This document shows positions 49,901 to 58,300 of a stretch of DNA of 64,000 nucleotides, piece by piece. The position numbers and the translations under genes are program-made. Positions within the stretch are counted from its first letter, which is position 1; every line of letters starts with the position of its first letter. The stretch is from NCBI GenBank assembly GCA_965217865.1, contig CBDCJO010000002.1, positions 1,312,001-1,376,000 on the forward strand, in the 5' to 3' direction. The notes under the pieces are model-generated. The model was not told the origin of the DNA. It did not search any database and worked only from the letters and a program-made list of their open reading frames with translations. The stretch is from Candidatus Latescibacterota bacterium. Lineage in GTDB: Bacteria; Latescibacterota; UBA2968; SICM01.

Positions 49901-50184
49901 TATAACAGGAGCTTTCGGGGTTTCGTGCCGAATACAGACCCGTCCCTGCGGATCGGATTGAATCGCCGGTTGAAAAGTCCAGCCGAAGAAATCGAAAGGG
50001 AATAGCCGGGCTTCGAGGCCGGGGTCAAGAAATCGGCCAGGGGGTCTCCGCCTTCTTGATGGATCGCTGCCGAACCCTCTGAAGGGACGAAGCTGTGACC
50101 GATGGCCAAAAGAAAACAGAGTGAATAGAGGCGTGTGGGGGCCGACATGAAAAACCCCTTTGCGCAGTACGTCACTTTGAACAT
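43978..50184 (-). CDS. sprA: T9SS translocon SprA/Sov-like giant beta-barrel (~2050 aa)
   Basis: IIQEIEAGN, GLFG, WKNVYSLG, DYTVDY, YIDDFEGS, PDTEDIN, IWVDELR; start may be ATG 50148. Confidence 0.9.
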   Translation of the reverse strand: MFKVTYCAKGFFMSAPTRLYSLCFLLAIGHSFVPSEGSAAIHQEGGDPLADFLTPASKPGYSLSISSAGLFNRRFNPIRRDGSVFGTKPRKLLLYSTLAGERYGLPIMIDMGDFITVKLKENRKEAFVDYFVKHEADLTGQTGGLLNVTIPVSIPKGLSAITGEGATQIEITGRRSIIFSGRSDYIVGQVQSVANQRSRFPTINFEQESEFKVRGQIGDRITIDLEQDSRNPNDLASSLRLSYKGPEDAIIQEIEAGNTQLSLPGTRLVGFSQGRGGLFGIRGKGTLGGLDFTVITSQDKGSANRKTFRGQSQESSNRIRDFQYIQNTYFFLDDTYRDAFQSGTISPGDLVIDESVEVFVNDFNPRNDIERRAISAVANAYAQKNFPADTLQTSGQTGGRESGLFHKLDRTEFQAFQNGYIILKQRISDFWALGVAYKTQGRETFGDVNFVVQGDKAALFKLIKARNQRPPTPANPNAFPTWRLMWKNVYSLGGRNVERAGFSIKVFRDVAGQEPLDHQNGKSYLQILGIDRHGQTASSPPDNLIDLDEDIVDLLRGELIFPFLEPFGDRGVGSPELENRVPEIYDEVNPTTRSEKSQYSLEVQSQSRQTQFNLGFGDVIPNSEQVRLNGRLLKRFQDYTVDYVTGSLSFQPAVATEVSNPSASLDISWDSQSLFGFAAQKKSLLGFRAEHKLSGGEGQSYLGLTFLYSNQTTPSRRVRVGQEPSRSMVLDANARLEFRPQFLTDLVNSLPLVEAHTPSALRINTEIAQSLPNPNTRGAAYIDDFEGSANTIPLSIFRAAWTTASDPGKDLPPARLVWYNPFERVRITDIQPHRAENITVEQNIDDILVLKFSPSRTGFLEDLPRGYEPQWEDGEPRRSWGGIQTSTRGGLDLSRSKFLEIWVRGNEGLLNVEIGEISEDLTLPFDEGPNGRLNTEDIPIEGFPTGDNILAESEDIGLDGMTDAEEQARFSEAFPDLDTPDDPSGDNWFYESRSTDYERINGLEGNGLRDGERAGIPDTEDINGNSILDTRNDFWRYSVDLSSDFEEGLRAEGTESDGSLRPWRLIRIPLRDDRFRTKVGSPEPNLSTAIDFARIWVEHDDTTTVEIYQVYATLTDWQENPLSESQSSDPIKVTSRNTARDAFYDPPPGLELERNVDNPSIKVPETSLALQFGALHLGEGVSTTRVFPSGETYTDYSRMQMYVHGGNGDPNNNANFLTFPASLDTLNGPSPIELFLRFSTGSQDTSNFYEYRTRVYQGWDPLNEVDVSMTLMSQIKGVLFGLRSAPRDSAGSVAVDSSDVPPGVSDFTYRPELNEVEAAVGLGANRKTYIVRGNPAFSGIRTFTIGIRNGGETVISGSNGQNEIWVDELRVDNIRKRRAFSGDLDVDMQLSDFGRMRLGLSHQGGDFQDLRSRATGVAKTAVSLSNTFNLERFFPTSWGLNVPFSLSIDRNTQTPRIRRGSDIVLTTEQRRDESDISSRMQTSISFRKQPARENPRLLSRLFFDRVTSRMSINTQDRRSGAVTQRRHGDNRSISGSFDYNLAPKKPRSFRPMAWMPLKSLKKLEFKYLPNVLRYSATVNQNISNSNSFSAVGKDTTNQIITNSETFDMSETYTAKLNPFRSLSTGYNLGIRRDLQGAFKPEGLQFGKEVGRTQNADISLSITQIKWFNQSYSYNARYAESNDPRGAGFSRGVQGRRGRDANTNSQLSARYNLNLPSLFRKLSKSSRRYYSKTGLSNNRSKDRGGGGFPVLGWIGQMGGNLRNVSLQASRKKTANLFGLVGRPGLIYQLGFSDTTDVDRTEARGVTRIDAFSTTDQMRSDGGVNLPFGMSVNSRYEYTREKRTGNSANSPELHNITTRFPSVNASWGALGRMPVVRWIFTSASADASYERNKTRRGEGGTGPRNVLKRQEETNFKPFALNLQWKGRVNMNIQRTDRISREVDFQSNEGDTVRAVLGNSQLEGRNMTASLRYSFSPTAGLLKRFNLKSNIDLTLEFSQRSNLNKRTPPGSEKFSVQQDDNQWSIGLSSSYRFNQNFTGSMRLRHENQEDKLRQQTRKVWDFGFKGDIVFN

Positions 50185-50204
50185 GGAATCGAGGGTAATC
50201 CTAG

Positions 50205-51731
50205 CAGCCTGTTGAAAAAGTGCGTTTATGCCAAGATGACTGTTGTCTTTCCTTGTGGTTTGGTCCTATGATATATCAGGTTCAAACTGAGAAGGGAGGA
50301 CGAGCAAATGGCAATGGGAAAACGAGGACGACAGAGACAGGAAAACCTGTTCATCGCATCGAACACTTTGGTGAAATCTCCGGGTCATCCGTTCTACGAG
50401 AAGCTGAATCAGGTATTGGGGGCGAACGGCTTCGACGAGTTCGTCGAGGGGCTTTGCCAGCGGTATTACGCTCCTCATATGGGTCGCAAGGGCATTCCGC
50501 CCGGGGTTTATTTTCGGATGCTTTTGATTGGGTATTTCGAGGGACTTGATTCGGAACGTGGGATCGAATGGCGTGTATCTGACTCGCTGACGTTGCGCCG
50601 GTTTTTGGGGTATGCCCTTGACGAACAGACCCCGGATCATTCCAGCCTGTCTCGCATCCGGCATCGGCTTCCCTTGGAAGTTCACGAAGCGGTTTTCAAG
50701 TGGATCCTGAGGGTCTTGTGCAAAGCGGGTCTGGTGAAGGGGAAGACGTTGGGCGTGGATGCTACGACACTGGAGGCCAACGCCGCGATGCGCAGCATTG
50801 TACGCCGTGACACGGGTGAAGGCTACCAGGCATTCCTTGAGAATCTGGCCAAGGCCTCGGGCATTGAAACGCCTACCCGCGAGGACTTGTCCAAGATCGA
50901 TAAGAAGCGACCGAAGAAGGGATCGAACCAGGACTGGGAGCACCCGCACGACCCGGATGCCAAGATCGCTAAGATGAAGGACGGTCGCACGCACATGGCG
51001 CACAAGGTGGAGCACGCGGTGGATCTGGACACCAATGCCATTGTGGCAGTGGCGTTGTCGGGAGCAGATGAAGGAGATACCGAGTCGTTGTCCTGGACGC
51101 TGCTCGAGGCGCAGCTCAATCTCAAGCAGGTCGCGAAGGACGAAAAAGCTGCCAAACGTTTGCACAGACAGCGTATACGGGAGGTGGTTGCGGACAAAGG
51201 ATATCATAGCAACGATGTATTGACCAGTCTGAAGCAAGGCGGCATCCGGAGTTACATTTCAGAACCGGATCGGGGACGCCGCAAGTGGAACGGCCGACGA
51301 GATGAGCAGGCCGCGGTATATGCGAATCGACGCCGGATCAAGGGAGATCGCGGCAAGGCCTTGCGCCGAAGTCGTGCAGAACGGGTGGAAAGAACCATCG
51401 CTCACACATATGATACCGGTGGCATGCGCAGGTTGCACTTGAGAGACCGCGGCAATATCCTCAAGCGTTTGCTGATCCACATCGGGGGCTGCAACCTGGC
51501 TCTGCTCATGCGCAAAGTGATGGGCGTAGGTACTCCGAAGGCCCTCCAGGACCTGGCCAAGGCCTTGCAGCGTCTACTGCTCGTCCTACAATCACGCTTT
51601 GCTGCCCTCGGTCACCTTTTTAACCTCTTATCAGCGTCTCCTGCTCAATCTCCTTACCTTGATTTATCCGACCCGCACTCCAGGCGTCTTTTCCGTTTAT
51701 GTGTGTTGAAAGGTAGTTCTTCAACGGGCTG
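50205..51731 (+). mobile_element. IS1182/IS5-like insertion sequence, copy 3 (1527 bp)
   Basis: Same TIRs; 4-bp TSD CTAG at 50201-50204 and 51732-51735. Confidence 0.95.
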
Positions 51732-51735
51732 CTAG
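50308..51735 (+). CDS. DDE transposase, 475-aa allele
   Basis: One extra base near 51597 changes the C-terminus; the stop TAG lies in the target duplication. Confidence 0.93.
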   Translation: MAMGKRGRQRQENLFIASNTLVKSPGHPFYEKLNQVLGANGFDEFVEGLCQRYYAPHMGRKGIPPGVYFRMLLIGYFEGLDSERGIEWRVSDSLTLRRFLGYALDEQTPDHSSLSRIRHRLPLEVHEAVFKWILRVLCKAGLVKGKTLGVDATTLEANAAMRSIVRRDTGEGYQAFLENLAKASGIETPTREDLSKIDKKRPKKGSNQDWEHPHDPDAKIAKMKDGRTHMAHKVEHAVDLDTNAIVAVALSGADEGDTESLSWTLLEAQLNLKQVAKDEKAAKRLHRQRIREVVADKGYHSNDVLTSLKQGGIRSYISEPDRGRRKWNGRRDEQAAVYANRRRIKGDRGKALRRSRAERVERTIAHTYDTGGMRRLHLRDRGNILKRLLIHIGGCNLALLMRKVMGVGTPKALQDLAKALQRLLLVLQSRFAALGHLFNLLSASPAQSPYLDLSDPHSRRLFRLCVLKGSSSTGC

Positions 51736-51931
51736 TGTCGTGTCCCAGAAGTTCCTTACAAAAGAAAGTCTCCAAAAACGTAGCGGTGGCTGTCATTTTG
51801 ATCGAGAGCGAGCGAGCGAAGAACGCACCAACTGTCTGATAGTTCGGGACATAGAGATCCTTCGCTCCGTTCAGGGTTTACAGACCGCTATCCGAGAAAT
51901 TATTGAAGGAATTTCCGGGACACGACACTAG
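51732..51931. mobile_element. 200-bp MITE with CTAG-terminal TIRs
   Basis: 26-bp TIR CTAGTGTCGTGTCCC(A/G)GAA(G/A)TTCCTT with 2 mismatches; GGTAATC direct repeat at 50194-50200 and 51932-51938 brackets IS plus MITE. Confidence 0.85.
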
Positions 51932-52174
51932 GGTAATCTTAAAAAAAGCGACCGTCCATTCGGGCAGACTTTGGGATTTCTGAACCCGGTAAAAACCGGG
52001 CCGTGATGCAGCCAAGATCGTACGGACCATGGGGGAGAAGAAAGGGAGGGCAGGGTGCGTGAGGATTCTAATCAGAGGAAGGTTTGAATGTCTTCAAGTC
52101 GAAACGATGATGTATAGACCGGCCCCTTCCCGCTTCCCCTTCGGAAGAATGTCTCAACTGATTATTTATCATAT

Positions 52175-52204
52175 ATGATACGATTATTGCTGGCTTGGAG
52201 TCAA
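52175..52204 (-). promoter_or_regulatory. Putative sigma70 promoter facing the sprA operon
   Basis: Minus strand TTGACT-18 nt-TATCAT. Confidence 0.45.
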
Positions 52205-52277
52205 GTGAAAAGTGGGGACCGCGAATTTCCGTTTCAGGCCATCCAATGCCTGCGATCGCAGCTCAAAGGGTCAACCC

Positions 52278-53318
52278 CTACTCACCGGGATATGTCACGC
52301 CCAGTTTAACGGACTCCTGGGGGGATATGTCGATCCTCCGGTATGCCTCTGCGGATTCTTCGAACGGGACGACCGGAAAAATCACGCCGTCCACGGAAAC
52401 CCGGCCGAATCTGAGCAGGTCAAAGGCGGTCCATTGAATCCTCTCGTGATCCCACATCGGATGGTCTCGGTTGGGGTCGCTGGCCGATCTGGAAGATCGC
52501 ATGGAGATACGATTCATGTGCCATTCTTCCCCCAGACGTAACCCCTTGGCCTCCCCTGAGTAGAAAGCCAGGGGAACGACCAGTCCCCCGAAATGGACCG
52601 ACCGGATCGCTTGATGAAGGGCCTCATAACTGCCGCTTGCCTCGATGGCCACATCCACACCATTTTTATCCGTAAGGTGTCTGATCTCACGGGCCACATC
52701 GCAATTCGCCGGATCCATGGCGTGGTCGGATCCGAGCCGGAATGATCGTAAGCGCCGTATGTATACCGGTTCAACCGCAATAACGGTGGTTGCCCCGGAA
52801 AGACGGGCCATCTGAATCGTCAAGAGGCCGATGGCTCCCATTCCGAACACCGCAGCGCGGTCACCGAGCCGGATGCCTGCGTCTCGGACCGCCCCCAAGG
52901 CAAACCGAGCGGGATCCCAGCAGACGATCGCCTCCGGGGACATTCCATCGGGAACACGATGCAGGGACTCTTCGGAGACCGTGTGGGTCTGGCGAATCGG
53001 GAGATATCCAAAGACCCGGTCACCCACCTTAAATGAACCGACGGAGATGCCCACCTCGATCACGGTCCCGACGCTAATATTCCCTACGGACATAGGGAAC
53101 CCGCTCAGCGGGTTCTCCTCGGGAAAAAACAGGCCAAGCTCCTGGTCGTAGCGATTCAGGTTGAAAGGGGACCGGCCACGGTAGTTGGCGAGTTCGGTCC
53201 CGTGCTTCGGCGAGCTGAACTCGCTCCTCACCCGAACCTGTTTGGGCCCTAACTTCGGCTCACGATATTCTCGGAGGATCGCCTCACGCGGAGCTATGGC
53301 AATCAGTTCTCGAGGCAA
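52278..53318 (-). CDS. MDR (zinc-binding alcohol dehydrogenase-like) oxidoreductase
   Basis: SPKHGTE, VGDRV, GMGAIG, GVDVAIEASG. Confidence 0.88.
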   Translation of the reverse strand: MPRELIAIAPREAILREYREPKLGPKQVRVRSEFSSPKHGTELANYRGRSPFNLNRYDQELGLFFPEENPLSGFPMSVGNISVGTVIEVGISVGSFKVGDRVFGYLPIRQTHTVSEESLHRVPDGMSPEAIVCWDPARFALGAVRDAGIRLGDRAAVFGMGAIGLLTIQMARLSGATTVIAVEPVYIRRLRSFRLGSDHAMDPANCDVAREIRHLTDKNGVDVAIEASGSYEALHQAIRSVHFGGLVVPLAFYSGEAKGLRLGEEWHMNRISMRSSRSASDPNRDHPMWDHERIQWTAFDLLRFGRVSVDGVIFPVVPFEESAEAYRRIDISPQESVKLGVTYPGE

Positions 53319-53435
53319 AACATTTCCATGCCAGCAAAGCTGGCGGTTTTATACGTAGTTAAGGACGTCAGCGGCAACTAACCTCCCCCAGATCGGATTG
53401 TCAAGGCCAATTTGGATTGTTCCCTCGAATCGTCG

Positions 53436-53464
53436 TTGACTTTTTTTCGAGAATCATTTATGTT
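53436..53464 (+). promoter_or_regulatory. Putative sigma70 promoter
   Basis: TTGACT-17 nt-TATGTT upstream of the CorC-like gene. Confidence 0.5.
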
Positions 53465-53580
53465 ACATCCAAATCGTTATGAACGCCCTGGGGGGAGAGA
53501 TATGGGATATTTAAAGGTGTGGATCACTTTTCTCCTCCGGAAGGAAATGATCAGGCAGGGGGTTCAAAACAGAGCACTAT

Positions 53581-54885
53581 ATGAGTGATCCTGACAGACC
53601 CGATTTCCTGCTCTTTTTAATTCTGGTTGTCCTTTCCGCGATATTTTCCGGGACAGAGACAGCTCTGGCGTCTCTGAATAAGGGCGCCATCCATAAAATC
53701 TCCGAGCAAGGACGGCTCCGGTCCCGATTTATGTCCCTTTGGGCGGAACAACCGGAGCGGGTTACCACCACGTTGATCTTTTGTAACCTGGCGGCAATCG
53801 TTGTCGCTTCGATCCTCGCCTCGGAAATAGCCTTCGGTTTGACCGAGGGGGCGGGGAAAAGCAGGGGTTGGACCATAGCGATCACTGCGGGAATTGTGAC
53901 CCTGACCCTTCTGTTGATCGGTGCTGTCGCCCCGAAAATTTTTGCCAGATGGAAAGCAGAGTCTGTCGTTTCCAAGGTCGCCGTACCGGTTTTTATCCTC
54001 AGCTGGTTAATCTCTCCCATCTCCTGTGCCGCCTCCAAAATCGCCTTCGGTATCATTCGTACACTCGGGAAAACAGAACCTGTTTCCCTGCCTCCCACGG
54101 TGACTGATGAAGAAGTCCGCGCTCTGGTGGAAACAGGGGTGGAAGAAGGAGGGATCGAACAGGAAAAACAGGAGCTGATCCACGGGATCTTCGAGTTCGC
54201 CGAAGCCACGGTCCGCGAGGTCATGGTCCCACGAGTGGACATGGTGTGTGTAGAAGCCTCCACACCGATGGAGGAGATCCTTGAAGTCTTCGCGGAAAAG
54301 AAATTCTCCAGGATGCCCGTTTACGATGAGGTGGTGGACAATGTCGTCGGCATTATCCATATAAAGAATATTCTGAACTTCTGGCGCAAAAAAATCACGA
54401 AGATGACGGCCATGGAGTTCGTCGCCCATCCTTATTTTGTACCCAAGACAAAGAAGATCATCGAACTCCTGGAGGAGTTCCGACAGCAGCACCTCCACAT
54501 AGCCATTGTGGTAGACGAATACGGCGGGACGGCGGGTCTGGTGACGATGGAGGACATGATCGAGGAGATTGTCGGAGAGATCGAGGACGAACACGTTCGG
54601 GCAACCCAACCGATCAAGAAAACGCACGACGGCAGCTATCTGATCGACGCTCGGGTCGAGATCGACCACTTGAATGAAACGCTATCTCTTGACTTGCCCA
54701 AAGGGGAATTTGAGACCGTAGGCGGGCTCCTCTACCAGCAGTTCGGAAAGATTCCCGTGCGGGGAGAGGAGATGGAACTGAATGGGCTACGGATCACGGT
54801 TCTGGAAGGTGATGTCAAGCGGATCCGGCGGGTGAAGCTTGAGGTGGTCAAACAGGAGAATCTGGAGAACTTGCCGCAGAAGTAG
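53581..54885 (+). CDS. HlyC/CorC (CNNM-CBS-CorC) family transporter
   Basis: [48 protein letters not shown]. Confidence 0.93.
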   Translation: MSDPDRPDFLLFLILVVLSAIFSGTETALASLNKGAIHKISEQGRLRSRFMSLWAEQPERVTTTLIFCNLAAIVVASILASEIAFGLTEGAGKSRGWTIAITAGIVTLTLLLIGAVAPKIFARWKAESVVSKVAVPVFILSWLISPISCAASKIAFGIIRTLGKTEPVSLPPTVTDEEVRALVETGVEEGGIEQEKQELIHGIFEFAEATVREVMVPRVDMVCVEASTPMEEILEVFAEKKFSRMPVYDEVVDNVVGIIHIKNILNFWRKKITKMTAMEFVAHPYFVPKTKKIIELLEEFRQQHLHIAIVVDEYGGTAGLVTMEDMIEEIVGEIEDEHVRATQPIKKTHDGSYLIDARVEIDHLNETLSLDLPKGEFETVGGLLYQQFGKIPVRGEEMELNGLRITVLEGDVKRIRRVKLEVVKQENLENLPQK

Positions 54886-55389
54886 GCCCCTCTGTTGAAC
54901 CTGACGGGTTTGAAGCGGGTTGGGACGGTTCCAGTTGGACGGGGGTCTCCCCCTCCTCCTTTGGAGTGTCCCCCGGAGCTTCGCCCTTGCTTTCCGGCTC
55001 ACGGGCATGTTCCTCCTGTGATTCCGTCCCCCCCACTTTCTCTAAGGCCTCCCCCTCTGGCGGTTCCGAAATTCCCTCCTCATCCGGGACCTCTCCTTCC
55101 ACCTCCATTTCGCCCTTTTCTTTCAATTCCTGTAATTTGTCCCTGATTTCGGCGATCAACTCGTCGCCACTTCCCTGCTTCTCCAGATCGATGAGGCTGC
55201 TGATTGCGCCCATCACCTTCAATACCTGGGTCTCGTCTTTAAAGCCAGCCTCGAGAAGGGCCGTCCGAACGACCTTCTCCAGCACCACCGCGATCTGTCT
55301 TTGCCGCCCCAGGTCTTCTTCAATCTCCTGAACCTCCACATCCGTGATCTGTTTCTCCAGATTCAAAAGTCGATATTTCAGCGTGGCAT
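54848..55389 (-). pseudogene. Hypothetical helical/acidic protein, apparently 5'-truncated
   Basis: Coding-like frame (NATLKYRLLNLEKQ...) starts abruptly at the junction with the opposite-strand gene; no RBS-ATG. Confidence 0.55.
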
Positions 55390-58300
55390 TACTCGACGCC
55401 GAACATCGAGACGGACCTGTTCAGGCTGGGCCGTACTGTTAGAGTGGACGCGGGGACAGGAACCTTGTTGCCGGACGGCCCAGCACTTCCGAGCAATCGG
55501 GCCGAGATCCAGGTGGTCTACACGAACACGTTCCAGCTGCAGCTCGCGACGGTTGATCAGGATGAGGTTGATTTAGGCGTTTTCGGAGGAGGGATTTCAT
55601 CGCAGGGGTTGAACGGAGTGCCTTCACCCTCCAGCTTCTTCGTCTACACGATCGGCGAGGCCCGGTTTGCACTGGGGGCCTTCAACGCGGTCTCTTATAA
55701 TATCCCCAACATCGACACCCTCTACGTCGGTGGTGTTCCCTCCGGACCATATGTTCGGGACGGCCAGACCACGAAGGTGGATGTGAACACGGGGGCCACG
55801 ACATTCAACTCGGATCTGTCGCTAGGTTTTGCCCGGGTTCACTTTGTTTATACGCGTGCCGAGACGCTGACGGTGAAGACACTGGATCAGAACGGAAACA
55901 TTGTGGCCGGCACGATCAGCATGCCCGGGCTCGGTGTCGGCTCCCCGGGTGTGGTGACCGTTCCTCACTACGTATTGGGCCAGGCGTTTTTCCTTACGAC
56001 GACTTTCAGTTCAATCACCTACTCGACACCGAATATCGAAACGGACTTGTTCAGGCTGGGTCGGACGATTCGGGTGGATGCAGCTTCGGGTATTCTATTG
56101 CCGGACGGCCCTGCGCTTGCGAGCAATCGGGCCGAGATCCAGGTGGTCTACTCGAACGTCTTCCAGCTGCAGTTGGCCACGGTGGATCAGGACGATGTTG
56201 ACTTAGGCTCTTTAGGGGGGGCGATTTCATCGCAGGGTTTGAATGGCGTTCCCTCGCCCTCCAGTTTCTTCCTCTACACGCTGGGAGAGGGTCGGTTCGC
56301 AGCAGGGGATTTCAACGGTGTTACCTACAACATCCCCGACATTGACACGCTTCCCCACGTCGTGAACGGTCAGACGGCCAAGGTGAATGTGAATACGGGC
56401 TCGACCACGTTTGTTCCGGATCAGGCCACGGGGTTCACCCGAATCCACTTTGTTTTATACGCGTGCGGAGACGCTGAGGGTGAAGACGGTGGATCAGGAC
56501 AACAACATCCTTCTGGGCCAGATCAGTATGCCAGGGCTTGGCGTTGGTTCCCCAGGTGTGGTGACCGTTCCTAACTACGTTTTGGGACAGGGATTTTTCC
56601 TGAACGCGACTTTCTTCGGGATCACCTACTCGGCGCCGGACATCGACGTCTCCTTGTTCAATCTGGGCCGGACGGTTCGTGTCGATGCCTTGACCGGCGC
56701 CCTGCTTCCGGATGGGCCCACGCTTCCTTCGAATGAAGCGGAGATCTTGGTGGTCTATCAGGTTATCCCGATTACCATTCGGACAGTCGATCAGAACGGT
56801 TCGGACATCGACGGGCTTGTGGCGCTGGGCGGGATCCCGGAGGAACCCCTTCCGTGGAGCATCAACGCGGTCGCAGGGGGGATTTTAGGGGTCCAGGGGG
56901 CGTACCTGGGTGGGAGCTCGGGGGACTTTATCGATGTCACGATCGCGAACGGCGTCACGACGCTGGACGTGATCACCCCCGAAACGGATATCACGACCGC
57001 TGTCGTGAATGTCACGACTGCTCCGGGTCCCGATGAAATCTTGATCAAGTTCCAAACAACGGATGTGACCCTCGGGTTGTTCAACAAGGCGGCGAACCCG
57101 GTAATCCCGTTGTCGGGTGATGTCGAGATGAAGCATATCGACCCCGGTTTCTATCCCCTCACCGCCCCGGCAGGAGCTGTGAACTCCCCACAGGTCTACA
57201 ACGTCCTGGACGGGGGGCGGGTCAAGGTGAAAGGCCAGTCACCACTGGCCGTAGGCACCCAAATTGGGAGCGGTCCCGAGACCTTCGTCGATGTTACAGT
57301 AGCGGCGGGCCAGGTGACCACGGTGGATGGCACGGTGGACCCCCCGACCGTGACGGGTCCGAACCCGGGGGCCGGCACACGGATCGATGTCCTGCTTCAG
57401 ACGAACCAGGCGCTGGTTTTGACGGTTCCCGGTCCTCAAGCGGTGGATGAGGGTGTTCAGTTGAGCTTTACGGTTTCTGCGACGGATCCGGACGACGACG
57501 GGATTGTTTTCTCGATCGACGGGTCGGTTTTGCCCGCGGGCAACAATGCATTGATTGACCCGCAAACCGGCGACTTTACGTGGACGCCCACACTGGACGA
57601 TGCCGGCATATATGATTTGCCGATTATCGCAACAGATGACGGGTCTCCCGCCATCAGTGTGGCAGATACGGTTCAAATTACGGTGAACAACGTCAATCAA
57701 CCCCCTTCCATCTCGGGTCCCGCAGGCAAGCCGGTTGGCGATCCTTCGATGAACGAAGGGGAAGTTCTGGAAGTGATCGTTCTGGGAAGCGATCCGGACG
57801 GTTCGATTCCGATTTTGAGCGTGGCGAATGAGCCCGTATTTGCGACTTTCGTGGATGACGGGAACGGCACCGGAACCCTGACGCTTTCGCCTGACTTCAC
57901 GCAGGCGGGTGTCTATCCCGGCGTTGAAATTATCGCTACGGATTCGGAAGATACGACCGTAACGGTCACCGAGACGATCACGATTACGGTGAACGACGTA
58001 AACCGGCCTCCGGTTTTGACGGTTCCGGGGCCTCAGGAAGTGGACGAGGGTGCGCTCCTGGAATTCACGGTTTCCGCGACGGACCCGGACAGCAACGGGG
58101 TGACCTTCTCGATGGATGATTCAGGGCTGCCGGCTGGTCATAACGCGGTTCTGGACTCCCTGACGGGCGAGTTTTCCTGGACGCCGAATGCCGGGGATGC
58201 GGGCATCTACGAGGTGAAGTTCACGGCCACGGACGACGGAACGCCCCCTGAGAGCAGCCCCGAGGAGTCGGTTTCGATCACTGTGAACGAAGTGAGTGAT

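Noticed and set aside
244-55389. Hypothesis that the two fusion junctions are the ends of one inversion
   Set aside because: Inverting the segment leaves two 5'-less genes head to head and joins unrelated proteins; no gene is restored.
55390-56760. CRISPR array or DGR template/variable repeat pair
   Set aside because: The repeats are ~600-bp in-frame coding duplications with mainly synonymous differences and no evident adenine-specific pattern; no cas or reverse transcriptase gene in the window.
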